Shown here: positions 9,563 to 19,475 of the stretch, one piece after another | Numbering within the stretch: the first letter of the stretch is position 1 | Layout: the number at the start of each line of letters is the position of its first letter | NCBI GenBank assembly: GCA_965197745.1 | Contig: CBDANS010000007.1 | Coordinates: 384,001 to 448,000 of the forward strand | Direction of reading: 5' to 3' | Origin: Opitutales bacterium | Lineage (GTDB): Bacteria; Verrucomicrobiota; Verrucomicrobiia; Opitutales; PNEW01 | DNA: 64,000 bases | Position numbers and translations under genes: made by a program | Notes under the pieces: model-generated | The model's input: only the letters and a program-made list of their open reading frames with translations | What the model was told of the DNA's origin: nothing | Database searches by the model: none

Positions 9563-9649
9563 GACCGCCAGGATTAAGAAATATATTTCTCGTTGCCAAA
9601 GATGCTACCGATAATTTAGAAATTATAAACGTCCAACGAAAGAAACACC

Positions 9650-11860
9650 GTGAATTTTACTAAGGCGCTAGCGTCCTTCCTCATTACTGTAAGTTTACCC
9701 TGTTCACTTCCTGCTGCTCCTCAAGATCTGGAAGTATTTTTAGATTTTGAAGATGCTGATGGAACAGGTGATTTTATACTCGGTGAACCGCCCAATGATA
9801 TCCGTTTTATCGGCTTCACCGTGGAAACATTGGAGGATCCCAATCTCCTGCATTCGGGGAATAAAGCATTAACCCTTGGGTCCGGTCAGGAAGGGAAAAT
9901 CTTCACAGAAAAAGGGATTCATCTGCTGGAATTCTATGTTGCCGAATCAACGGGCGCGGGCAAGATTGAGATCCGGGGTAGAGTCGATGAAGACAGACGG
10001 GAACTGGTTGACTTTCGCGAAGATTTTTATCTCTCAAATCCCAATGGGGTTGTAACCGGATTGCCTGCTAATATCAGTCCCGGTGCGAATCCTCCACTTC
10101 AAAGTTTCGTTGCCTTTAGTGGCAACTTCTTCGACGATACGGATCTCAATTTTGTCTACGGAATGAAAGAGATTAAGTTCGTAAATGTTACCGGAAAATT
10201 GTCGATCGATAATCTGGGTTATACCCTTGTCGATGGACCGACAAATAACACCGTTTACTCGGATTTTAACGAATTCATTGATAAGGAGACAGGTTTCGAT
10301 GATTTCACGGTTGGAGTATCACCATTTTCCGCGACCTTTACAAATGGCTTCGCGCCGTCCACCCCTAATTTTTTTGCGGCTAACGGCTGGTTAATTCAAA
10401 ATGGCGAAACCGGGACGATCACCTTCGAAACACCGGCAGCACGGGTTCAATTTTATGCTTCAACTATCGTGGAGACCGCGCAAGGGGAGAGTGACGCTAC
10501 GATACAGGCATTTGATACTGAAGATAATTTACTGACCATAATCGGGAACCTGGGTACAGATATCAGACCTGGAAATGGAGCTCCTCAGATTAAATTGATT
10601 GCCAGCGAATTGGGAGCTGAGAGCGGTATCGCTAAAATTACTTTAAGCGATAAAGTTGACGTAAATCCTACTTTCAGCCGGACACGACTTTCCGACTTCG
10701 GCTTTACCCCTATTCGCGCACCGGGTAGCGATGGTGGATCACCCCCTGCTGACGCTCCCTCTATCACTACCCAACCCACGAGCCAGGAAGTGCAGTCCGG
10801 AACAGCAGTCGTTTTAACGGTTGTCGCCAGCGGTGATGATCTTACATACCAGTGGTATACCGGCATCAGTGGTCACGACGACACTCCCATCGCCGATGCT
10901 ACCGGCAGCACCTTGAACACAGGCGCTCTCACTATGAGTAGCAATTTCTGGGTGCAGGTAAGTAATGCCGGAGGCAGTGCTGACAGCGACACCGCGGTTA
11001 TCACCGTAGCAGCTCCCTCCGTGCCTCTCGTCCTCGACGGTATGGGTGATATCGCGGGTGAGAATATACAGCATCCCAACGGCAATGTTTTCGACCAGAT
11101 TTTACTCACCGGTGAATCCATCCAACTCCAGGCCAGACCGGGACAAATTACAAGGGTCTCTTTCATGGACGAAACCGAAGACATTGTACAGGTAGAATTC
11201 TCTGGATCAGGGACCTTTACCGTAACCCTCGACCCGGCGACTTTCCTGCCACCCGGCACGCCCCCGCGCTACAACCAGTCCGTCGAGTACGTGACCGGCA
11301 AACCCAGCGTGGTCATCGACGGAGCGGACTCCAGTACCTTCTTCAGCATCTTCACCGTGGGAAGGATCAACGCGTTTAACCAGGCGCTGTTCCCCGAAGG
11401 ACAGGTCTATGACGCCCAGGCCGATGTGGCTCTCGTAGAAGTAGTCAACTCCACGGGACTCGGAGGAGTACAGTTATCGAATGCCGTATTCAGTGGAAGC
11501 ACGGGCAAGGTGGGCTTCGATGCGCGTGGCGTACCGATAGCGGTACGCTTGACCGTTGGCGACATTGACGCCGATGGCGATGCGGTACCACACCTGTTAT
11601 TTGGTTCAGGATCGTTCACTGTGCCGGCAGGCAATCCCGGTTTGCGGATCACAGGAGGAGATCTAGCCCAGACGAACGGAGCATCGATCGTCGTCGCAGA
11701 GAGTGGATCGACGACAACCGGGTTTGAAGAGACTTTTATTTCCCAGAACAACTTCAAGTCTGACAATACACCGCAACCGACACAGTCCGTAAATGCTACT
11801 TTTTCTAACGAAGATGGTGAGGAAATATCTGTCTCTGTGGATGAGGTGACGATAGAATGA
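9650..11860 (+). CDS. Secreted modular protein: two beta-rich N-terminal modules, Ig-like domain, ~275-aa C-terminal module 'A'
   Basis: Signal peptide; Ig signature APSITTQP...LTVVA...YQWY...WVQVSN; C-terminus colinear with that of 27148-29748. Confidence 0.8.
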   Translation: MNFTKALASFLITVSLPCSLPAAPQDLEVFLDFEDADGTGDFILGEPPNDIRFIGFTVETLEDPNLLHSGNKALTLGSGQEGKIFTEKGIHLLEFYVAESTGAGKIEIRGRVDEDRRELVDFREDFYLSNPNGVVTGLPANISPGANPPLQSFVAFSGNFFDDTDLNFVYGMKEIKFVNVTGKLSIDNLGYTLVDGPTNNTVYSDFNEFIDKETGFDDFTVGVSPFSATFTNGFAPSTPNFFAANGWLIQNGETGTITFETPAARVQFYASTIVETAQGESDATIQAFDTEDNLLTIIGNLGTDIRPGNGAPQIKLIASELGAESGIAKITLSDKVDVNPTFSRTRLSDFGFTPIRAPGSDGGSPPADAPSITTQPTSQEVQSGTAVVLTVVASGDDLTYQWYTGISGHDDTPIADATGSTLNTGALTMSSNFWVQVSNAGGSADSDTAVITVAAPSVPLVLDGMGDIAGENIQHPNGNVFDQILLTGESIQLQARPGQITRVSFMDETEDIVQVEFSGSGTFTVTLDPATFLPPGTPPRYNQSVEYVTGKPSVVIDGADSSTFFSIFTVGRINAFNQALFPEGQVYDAQADVALVEVVNSTGLGGVQLSNAVFSGSTGKVGFDARGVPIAVRLTVGDIDADGDAVPHLLFGSGSFTVPAGNPGLRITGGDLAQTNGASIVVAESGSTTTGFEETFISQNNFKSDNTPQPTQSVNATFSNEDGEEISVSVDEVTIE

Positions 11861-13413
11861 ATTCCCAAATAAAAATATATGCAAAGTTAGCGCTCGCGTT
11901 ACTATTATTGCCCTCTTTTTCCCCGGGACAGGATTTTAATATAGATCTAGTAGCGACGGGCCTCACACTACCTGTTGCGATCACCCATGCCGGTGACGGC
12001 ACAAATCGACTCTTTATTAACCTTAAAGAAGGCCAAATCGTCATCTTTGACGGTAATAATATTTTACCTATACCCTTTCTTGACATTGAGTCGCTTGTCT
12101 CCAGTGACGCCTTTGAAAGAGGATTATTGAGCGCGGCTTTTCACCCTGATTACACAAACAACGGATTTTTCTATGTCAACTATACGGACATTAATGGTGA
12201 TACCGTGATTGCCCGATACAGTGTGTCGGGTAATCCGGACATTGCTGATCCGAATTCTGCTGCTATTATCACAACTATTGCTCAACCTGCCAGTACACAT
12301 AATGGTGGACAACTTCAATTTGGCCCTGATAGTTACCTTTACATTGGGATGGGTGATGGTGGTGGTGGCAACGGCGCTAACGCCCAGGATCTGAATTCGC
12401 TCTTAGGAAAGATGCTGCGCATTGATGTAGATAATGGGTTTCCCTACGCTATTCCTCCTGACAATCCCTTTGTGGGGGTTCCAGGCGCACAGGATGAGAT
12501 CTGGGCCTATGGTCTTCGCAATCCATGGCGTTTTAGTTTTGATCGCTTCACCGGAGACCTTTTTATCGCTGACGTCGGTGAGAATGATTGGGAAGAGGCG
12601 AATTTCCAGTCAGCGAGCAGCACCGGTGGCGAGAATTATGGATGGATTTTAATGGAGGGTACTCACTGCTTTATTCTTCCTACCAACTGCAATGATGGGA
12701 CATTGACGCTGCCCATTCTTGAGTATAACCACGCATTGGGTTGCTCGATTACGGGTGGCTACCGTTACCGGGGAGCTGAGATTTCCCAGCTGTTAGGGAC
12801 CTATCTTTACGCTGACTTCTGCTCCGGGCGAATCTGGGGAGCGACAGAGAGTAGTAGCAGCGTTTGGACGACGACAGAATTTATAGACAACGATTTTACG
12901 ATCAGTACTTTTGGCGAAGACGAATTTGGCGAGATTTATTTTGCTCAGTTCTCCCAAAATGGGTCCATCTATCGCCTGAGTTCTGATTCCCTGCCATGCC
13001 CTCCAGGTGATCCTCTATCCATCTGTTCTAACCAAGCAAACTTCACTACCGGAGAAACGCTGAGTGTCACCTTGAGAAGAGACAACCCGGGGTTCCCCTT
13101 GACCGTAGACTTTTACGCGGGGGTGATCTTACCGAATGGCGACACAACCATATCCTTCACCGGTCCAGGCAGTTCTTTCGGAAGTCTGTCCAATCCGATT
13201 ACCCTGATTCCTTTCCAAACGGGTGTAGATCTATCCACTCCTGTAGTTATCGATGATCCTAACTTCTTCCTTTATACCTGGACGGGTGGAGAACCTGCCG
13301 GCACTTATGTTCTCTATCTGGCTGCGGTCCTGGCCGGAGCTTTTGACGATGGCACCAATGATCCGGGAGATGTCCTTGAGCTGAGCACATTGCCTTTCGT
13401 CTTTACTCCCTGA
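11857..13413 (+). CDS. PQQ-dependent glucose/sorbosone dehydrogenase-family protein with ~135-aa C-terminal module 'B'
   Basis: ERGLLS..FHP, HNGGQLQFGPD, MGDGG, YGLRNPWRFSFD, NYGW, SITGG, ISTFGED; signal peptide; ATGA overlap with upstream gene. Confidence 0.9.
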   Translation: MNSQIKIYAKLALALLLLPSFSPGQDFNIDLVATGLTLPVAITHAGDGTNRLFINLKEGQIVIFDGNNILPIPFLDIESLVSSDAFERGLLSAAFHPDYTNNGFFYVNYTDINGDTVIARYSVSGNPDIADPNSAAIITTIAQPASTHNGGQLQFGPDSYLYIGMGDGGGGNGANAQDLNSLLGKMLRIDVDNGFPYAIPPDNPFVGVPGAQDEIWAYGLRNPWRFSFDRFTGDLFIADVGENDWEEANFQSASSTGGENYGWILMEGTHCFILPTNCNDGTLTLPILEYNHALGCSITGGYRYRGAEISQLLGTYLYADFCSGRIWGATESSSSVWTTTEFIDNDFTISTFGEDEFGEIYFAQFSQNGSIYRLSSDSLPCPPGDPLSICSNQANFTTGETLSVTLRRDNPGFPLTVDFYAGVILPNGDTTISFTGPGSSFGSLSNPITLIPFQTGVDLSTPVVIDDPNFFLYTWTGGEPAGTYVLYLAAVLAGAFDDGTNDPGDVLELSTLPFVFTP

Positions 13414-13669
13414 TCTCACTGTCAGATAGAATTCTGCTATTATTATCCCGGGTCAACGAATGGGCGTTTATAAATTGAGTTGGGTTTAGAGTGCTCGGAT
13501 CAGACGGAAGATGCTTCAGTATAGGGGTAAGCAAATACTCTTGATCCTCACAAGGCAAAGAACATGATGCCCTATCGACAAGTAGGTAGCGCTGACAACA
13601 AGACATTAGCATACCTGGAGGCTACCCATCCCAGGGGAATATTTTATCAGAGAAAAACGCATGGATTAA

Positions 13670-14827
13670 ATGAAGAGTAATTTACTAAAAAATTTTTTGC
13701 TGGCTGCTGCGTCCTTTTGTCTGACATTCCTGGTTTTAGAACTGTTTTTTTATTACGTGCTGGATCTAAAACCGCGAAGTTATAAACCTGAACGGATCTT
13801 TGAATTTTCTCTCCTTACGGGTCATTTTCATAAACCCAACGCGAGAGGTTACTGGTATCGATATCGTGGCGGAGGTAAATTCCATGTTTCAATCAACAGC
13901 TACGGATTTGCCGATGCCCCCAGGAAGCTTGAGAAGGACCGGCCAAGGATAGCATTAATTGGGGATTCTACCACCCAGTTTTGGGAAGCCAGGCTTGAGG
14001 ATAGAGGTCAGTTTGTGATTGAAGAATTACTTTCAAATACTTTTGAAGTATTAAATTTTGGGGTTCGTGGGTACGGGACTGACCAGACCTTTATCTTATT
14101 CGAAAATACCGGGATCAAATTCTCTCCCGATACTGTCATTTATACCTTTTGTGTGAACGACTTTACCGATAATCTCAGCAGAGAATCAAAACCGTTTTTT
14201 AGAGTGGATAGCACTGCTGACAAGCTGGTTGTGGACGGATACCCGATCGAGAGGCCGTTGAAGAATGATGATTCTGAACGTTTTTCTGTGAGGTCCCTGG
14301 ATGAATTTCTAAAACAAACGTCTTATATCTACCGAAGGTTAAGGCCTCTAATAAAGCATATGTCCGGCTATGTAGGTCCTTTGGAATCCTACGTCTTACT
14401 CGCACCTTTCAAAAGAACTTACAGTGATAAAGATAATGCAGGGGTCGAAATTACCTTAAGAATTATTTCGGAAATGAAAGAATATGTGGAATCCCAGGGC
14501 ATGAAGTTCATGATGGTCGAAGGTGTTTCCCGCCCCTCGGTTGATGAAAAGATGCAAAGCGAGGTAGTTGAAGTATTCGGCGATAATTTTGACTGGGATA
14601 AAGTGACGAATATCCTGGAGGAATATTCTACCGCCAATAACATTGAATTCCTATCACTCCCGCAATTAGCAAAAAGCAAGGGTATTCCCATTACAGAGAT
14701 AATGCACGACGAGGACTATTGGCATCTTGATAAAAATGGTATCCGTTTTTATGCGAAGCTCCTCGTAGATAAGCTTGACGCACTGGGTTGGTTGAACGAA
14801 ACCGAAGGTCCCGGTAACAGCCTGTAG
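13670..14827 (+). CDS. Membrane-anchored SGNH/GDSL hydrolase-family protein
   Basis: N-terminal TM helix; GDST, NFGVRGYGTDQ, VND, DYWH blocks. Confidence 0.85.
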   Translation: MKSNLLKNFLLAAASFCLTFLVLELFFYYVLDLKPRSYKPERIFEFSLLTGHFHKPNARGYWYRYRGGGKFHVSINSYGFADAPRKLEKDRPRIALIGDSTTQFWEARLEDRGQFVIEELLSNTFEVLNFGVRGYGTDQTFILFENTGIKFSPDTVIYTFCVNDFTDNLSRESKPFFRVDSTADKLVVDGYPIERPLKNDDSERFSVRSLDEFLKQTSYIYRRLRPLIKHMSGYVGPLESYVLLAPFKRTYSDKDNAGVEITLRIISEMKEYVESQGMKFMMVEGVSRPSVDEKMQSEVVEVFGDNFDWDKVTNILEEYSTANNIEFLSLPQLAKSKGIPITEIMHDEDYWHLDKNGIRFYAKLLVDKLDALGWLNETEGPGNSL

Positions 14828-14848
14828 TTGGGACTTAAATCCACTGTT

Positions 14849-16972
14849 TCAAGTCTCCTGGTAATTTACGTTCACATCGGGCTTGATCGTTTTGATCCCG
14901 GCTGAGGTGAGCTTTTCGCATTCCTGGATGTCTACACTCTTCAATGATGGAAATTTGTTTAAAGTGGACAAACCCGAGTCCGACAGATTTGAACAATTCC
15001 AGAATAATAATTCTTCGAGTGTCTTGATCTGGCTCAATAATTCTAAACTATGGTCTGTAATTTTGGTCCCCCAAATGTGATATACCTTGAGTTTTTTTGC
15101 GTTTACAAGGTGCTCGGATGCGCGATCCGTGGTGTTTTTACAATACATATTAACCAATAACTCGAGATTGGGAATCTGCGAAATAGAGGCAAATACCTCA
15201 TCGGTGAATGTATTTTCGTTCGCGGTCCAAAAATGTTGTAAAGCGGCAAATCCCGGTAACGATGCGAGGGACTCGTCGTTTAACTTTTTTCCTCCCAAGG
15301 CTAAGAATCTGAGATTGGGCAAAGTGCTTAAGGCCTTAACACCCACACCGGTTAAGTTGTTTACTGACCATGCGAATATTTTTTCAAGACCCAGGCATTG
15401 TCCCAGGGTGGAAAACCCATCGTCACCGGCAACTGCCTGGCCGCATTCCAGCGACTGCAATGCAGGAAATGTCGCCACCGTATTTAAGCTCTGGTCATCC
15501 ATGTCCCTCATACCCAATTCATGCAATTTTGGCAGCCCTGCCAATGCTCCTATACCTTGATTGATGCTGGGATTTACCTTAAAAAATTGGATCGCTTTCA
15601 AGCCATTCAAACCGCTCATCGCTTTTAAGCCCTCACCGGAAATATTCTTACTATCAAGGATAATATGGGAATCGGTAGGGTCTTTATACTCGTTAATTTT
15701 GAACCCCATGGGTGAGGCCAAAGGATTTTTAAGTCCGGGCAATTCGCAAATCAACGACAATCCGCGATCGGTAATTTTTTCAGGTAGATGGAGATGGGTC
15801 AGATACTCTTTATCTATCAGTAATTCAAGTCCCTGATCATCCATGGCCGTTCCCCCCAGGGTCAGAAGCGACAAACGGTCCAGCCCAACGGTGTGCCGCA
15901 AGGTATTGCTCGTTAATTGCGAACAGCCTTCAAGACGAAGGGATACCAGATGGGGCATCGCTCGAATAATCGCCAGTCCCTTGTCCGAAATATTCTGACA
16001 TCCGCTCAAAACCAAATATTTTAAAGCCGTAAGAGACTTAAGATGGGCGAGTCCTTCATCACTAATGTCAGGACAACGGGAAAGGTCCAAATACTCTAAA
16101 TGAGTCAAGCGGCTGATGTCGACTAGATGCTGGTCGTTAAATTCCCCCCCACCGGAAAGACCAGGAAACTTGTGTTGAGCAATCTCATCAACCAGCATTT
16201 CCCATACGTCTTTCTGGGGTTTGCTCCTCAATTCAACATACCACACGCGGCATTCGGGGACATTCACCGAGACCCGGTTCAAAGTCGTGACGCCCAACTT
16301 ATGTTCTCCTCCTCCTGACGGATCATTATCGCCATCTAACCCAATCCATCCTACAAGCAAGGGGAGGGTATTGCGTAATACTTGACGTTCAAATACCTTG
16401 TCCTCTTGCCCGCCATCTTTTTTCAAATTATCTTCAAACATTTTTAAAATACTTTCTTTTAATTGTTTTTTTGCCGTTCGTATTCTGTTTTTGATCGTTG
16501 AGATTGGTATTTCGAGAAATTCAGCCATTTCTTTTTGGCTGTTCCCACCCATAAAGAAAAGCATGACCGCTTCCCGTTCTTCGGTGCTCAGTTCGCGAAT
16601 TGCGCTGAGGAGAAATTTGAGTTCCGTTGTTCGCTCGATAGTCTCCGGAGGATTTCTCTCACTCGAAGTAAGATGGGGAAAACTGTCAATGGATTCGTAA
16701 TTGATGCGATTATCCTCCTGTATCAACCGGCGACAATGGGTGGAAATGATTCTGCGAAACCAGGCAGAAAATGCTGTTGGATTCTCAAGCTGTTTCAATT
16801 TTGCATAAGCATCTATAAAAGCCTTTTGTGCCGCATATTCGGCGAGATGGAGTTCACCAAGCAGCGAATAGGCATACCCAATAGCCATACTCCGATACCT
16901 TCTGACGATTTCGGCAAATCCGTTATGGTCACCGGATTGTGCCAATTGAACTATGTCAGTGATGTCTTTCAT
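14849..16972 (-). CDS. ECF sigma-70 factor fused to a C-terminal leucine-rich-repeat domain
   Basis: Region 2 (AFSAWFRRI) and region 4 (REAVMLFF...KEMAEFLEIPISTIKNRI) in aa 1-175; then repeated LxxLxLxxCxxIsDxGL units. Confidence 0.88.
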   Translation of the reverse strand: MKDITDIVQLAQSGDHNGFAEIVRRYRSMAIGYAYSLLGELHLAEYAAQKAFIDAYAKLKQLENPTAFSAWFRRIISTHCRRLIQEDNRINYESIDSFPHLTSSERNPPETIERTTELKFLLSAIRELSTEEREAVMLFFMGGNSQKEMAEFLEIPISTIKNRIRTAKKQLKESILKMFEDNLKKDGGQEDKVFERQVLRNTLPLLVGWIGLDGDNDPSGGGEHKLGVTTLNRVSVNVPECRVWYVELRSKPQKDVWEMLVDEIAQHKFPGLSGGGEFNDQHLVDISRLTHLEYLDLSRCPDISDEGLAHLKSLTALKYLVLSGCQNISDKGLAIIRAMPHLVSLRLEGCSQLTSNTLRHTVGLDRLSLLTLGGTAMDDQGLELLIDKEYLTHLHLPEKITDRGLSLICELPGLKNPLASPMGFKINEYKDPTDSHIILDSKNISGEGLKAMSGLNGLKAIQFFKVNPSINQGIGALAGLPKLHELGMRDMDDQSLNTVATFPALQSLECGQAVAGDDGFSTLGQCLGLEKIFAWSVNNLTGVGVKALSTLPNLRFLALGGKKLNDESLASLPGFAALQHFWTANENTFTDEVFASISQIPNLELLVNMYCKNTTDRASEHLVNAKKLKVYHIWGTKITDHSLELLSQIKTLEELLFWNCSNLSDSGLSTLNKFPSLKSVDIQECEKLTSAGIKTIKPDVNVNYQET

Positions 16973-17131
16973 CCTAATACATTAGGTGCGTTATAAGAAT
17001 GGAGCTTGATCTTTCAATAAAGTGTACGTTTATACGAAATAAAATACTTTTAGACTAGATCTTCCACAACCCTACCTGTTAATTGAAAGATAGTTTAATT
17101 GGTGGAAGACAATAGGGCCACTCCTTGAATT

Positions 17132-17159
17132 TTGACATTCATATTTAAATCGGTATCAT
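17132..17159 (+). promoter_or_regulatory. Candidate sigma-70 promoter for the CBM9/DUF5916 gene
   Basis: TTGACA (17132-17137), 16-nt spacer, TATCAT (17154-17159), about 60 nt upstream of the ORF. Confidence 0.45.
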
Positions 17160-17218
17160 CTCGAAAGCATGTCAACAGGCAGAAAAGGGGATCATGCTGT
17201 GAATAAGCCTAACGCGCA

Positions 17219-19447
17219 TTGCCAGGAATGATCCCTTTTGCCTCCTTTACTTTTTGCTTCCGAGTAATCGTCCTCTTATGCCTCTTACTGGCTTTAAGGG
17301 GTCCTGTCTTTTCGGAAGATTCCGCGAGCGATCAAAATGGAGTCCACCCGATTGAAGAAAACCAATTGGGGGAAGGTGATTACAGGGTCACTATGATTCG
17401 CACCGAGACCCCTCCGACCATCGATGGGTATGTTGATGAAGCGAGCTGGGCCACTGCACCGGTCATTTCCAATTTTACCCAGGTTCAACCCGATGAAGGT
17501 TCACCCCCAAGCGAAAAGACAGAAGTCCTGCTCCTTTACAGCTCAGATTATATCTATGTGGGTATTCGCGCCTTCGATTCAGAGCCGGATGAAATAACAG
17601 CCCGGATAATGCAAAGGGATGGTTCGATGCGCTATGAAGACTCGGTGCGTATGACCTTCGATACTTTCCATGATTTCCGTAATGCTTATTATTTTGAAAT
17701 TAACGCATTGGGCGCTTTGAGAGACGCGCTTATCCGGTCCGGCAAATTTCCTAACTATAATTGGGACGGTATCTGGGATGGCAAGGCGGTCATGGACGAA
17801 AACGGTTGGTCCGCAGAACTGGTCATTCCGACAAAAACACTTTCCTTCGATCCCCGGGGAAAAAACTGGGGGTTCAATGTCGAAAGGTCCATCCAGCGCA
17901 AAAGAGAGCGGGTCCGCTGGTCGGCCCCCTATCGCAACAACTCGATTAATGAGTTGGGAAGCTCAGGGGTCTTGACCGATATCACGGGTCTGCAACAAGG
18001 CCTGGGTCTGGACTTTGTGCCATACGCGAACATGAAAGCCACGCGCGACCAGGTTTTGAACGACAGTTCATTCGAGTTCAAACCGGGATTCGACCTATTT
18101 TATAAATTCACCCCGGCGATTACCGCAGCGCTGACCGTGAATACTGATTTTGCCGAGGCCGAAGTAGACGACCGCCGCGTTAACCTGTCCCGATTTGAAC
18201 TCTTTTTTCCGGAAAAACGGAAATTTTTTCTTCAGGATGCCGAGATATTCAGATTTGCCGGTCTCAGTCGTTCACCGGTCCCTTTTTTCTCGCGGCGCAT
18301 TGGTCTGGATGCCGATAACCAGCCGATTGATATCCGCGGGGGGATTAAAGTGACGGGAAGGATGCGCCGGGTAAATTTTGGTATTCTCGATGTTCAGGTC
18401 GATGACACCAGCAGCATTGAATCAAAAAACCTGGCCGTGGCCCGTGCCACCGTAAACGTTCTAAAGGAATCACAAGTGGGAGTTATATATACCAATGGCG
18501 ATCCCCAAACCAATGATGACAACAGCCTGATCGGCGCGGACTTTACTTATCGGACCTCAAAATTATTGGGCGCTAATGATGTATTTGAGACCAATTTCTT
18601 TATTCAAAAATCTTCAACCACGGGATTTACAGATAATCAAGGTTCGATCGGTGGATCCGTGCGGTATCCGAATGACAAATTCGCAATGTGGTTATTTGTC
18701 GAGATGATGGACGAAAACTACAAACCCGCGCTGGGCTTTGTCAATGAGTCTGGAGTGAGGGATTATGATTTATTTTCCCGCTACCGCATACGGCCCGAAA
18801 AATTCGACAGTATCGATTTCAAAATTGACGCGCACTACCGCACCACCATCGATGGTGAAGTGGTGAGGTCCCGTTTTAACTTTCCAGATTTTAGAATTAC
18901 GAATAAAGCCAAAGATTATATTGACGTGAGCGGGCAATTTCACCGGGAACAGCTTTTTGAGCCATTCGAGATTGTTGATGGAGTCATCATCCCCGTCGGA
19001 GATTATAAATTCCGAAATGCCGAGATCAGAGTCAGGACCGCCAGGGAGAGGGCGTTGAGCGGGAATTTTACCCTGGGGGTGGGCGAATTTTATGACGGCG
19101 ATAGGTTGGAGCTCAGAAGCGAGATTGTCTGGAAACCATCCCCTTTATTCAACACCGAGTTTCTCTATGAGTATAACAATGTGGATTTACCGGTTGGAGA
19201 TTTTGATACCCATGTCGCACAGTTAAACCTGAATTTTAATTTTTCTCCAAAATTATTTTGGAACATCACTAATCAATATGACAATGTTTCCGACAGTTTT
19301 GGTATAAACAGCCGCATACGCTGGAATGTAAAGCCGGGCAATGACATTTACCTGGTTTTTAACCAGGAAGTAGATACTTTCGACGGGCGCTGGCAACCCA
19401 GCAAGAGACAACTCAATACAAAAATTAACTGGACCCTTCGATTTTAA
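17219..19447 (+). CDS. CBM9-like domain + DUF5916 outer-membrane protein
   Basis: PTIDGYVDE..W, WSAELVIP, TVNTDFAEAEVD, LFFPEKRKFF, FFSRRIG; C-terminal Phe typical of beta-barrels. Confidence 0.85.
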   Translation: MPGMIPFASFTFCFRVIVLLCLLLALRGPVFSEDSASDQNGVHPIEENQLGEGDYRVTMIRTETPPTIDGYVDEASWATAPVISNFTQVQPDEGSPPSEKTEVLLLYSSDYIYVGIRAFDSEPDEITARIMQRDGSMRYEDSVRMTFDTFHDFRNAYYFEINALGALRDALIRSGKFPNYNWDGIWDGKAVMDENGWSAELVIPTKTLSFDPRGKNWGFNVERSIQRKRERVRWSAPYRNNSINELGSSGVLTDITGLQQGLGLDFVPYANMKATRDQVLNDSSFEFKPGFDLFYKFTPAITAALTVNTDFAEAEVDDRRVNLSRFELFFPEKRKFFLQDAEIFRFAGLSRSPVPFFSRRIGLDADNQPIDIRGGIKVTGRMRRVNFGILDVQVDDTSSIESKNLAVARATVNVLKESQVGVIYTNGDPQTNDDNSLIGADFTYRTSKLLGANDVFETNFFIQKSSTTGFTDNQGSIGGSVRYPNDKFAMWLFVEMMDENYKPALGFVNESGVRDYDLFSRYRIRPEKFDSIDFKIDAHYRTTIDGEVVRSRFNFPDFRITNKAKDYIDVSGQFHREQLFEPFEIVDGVIIPVGDYKFRNAEIRVRTARERALSGNFTLGVGEFYDGDRLELRSEIVWKPSPLFNTEFLYEYNNVDLPVGDFDTHVAQLNLNFNFSPKLFWNITNQYDNVSDSFGINSRIRWNVKPGNDIYLVFNQEVDTFDGRWQPSKRQLNTKINWTLRF

Positions 19448-19475
19448 ACCGGACCGCTTTTTACCTTCTGACTAA

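Noticed and set aside
11030..11860. Module A as an autotransporter barrel, T9SS CTD or PEP-CTERM signal
   Set aside because: No terminal aromatic residue, much longer than a T9SS CTD, and no PEP motif, TM helix or basic tail; not excluded without structure prediction
14883..16996. Several plus-strand ORFs of 60-157 aa, and similar antisense ORFs throughout the window
   Set aside because: Shadows of well-supported genes on the opposite strand or in another frame
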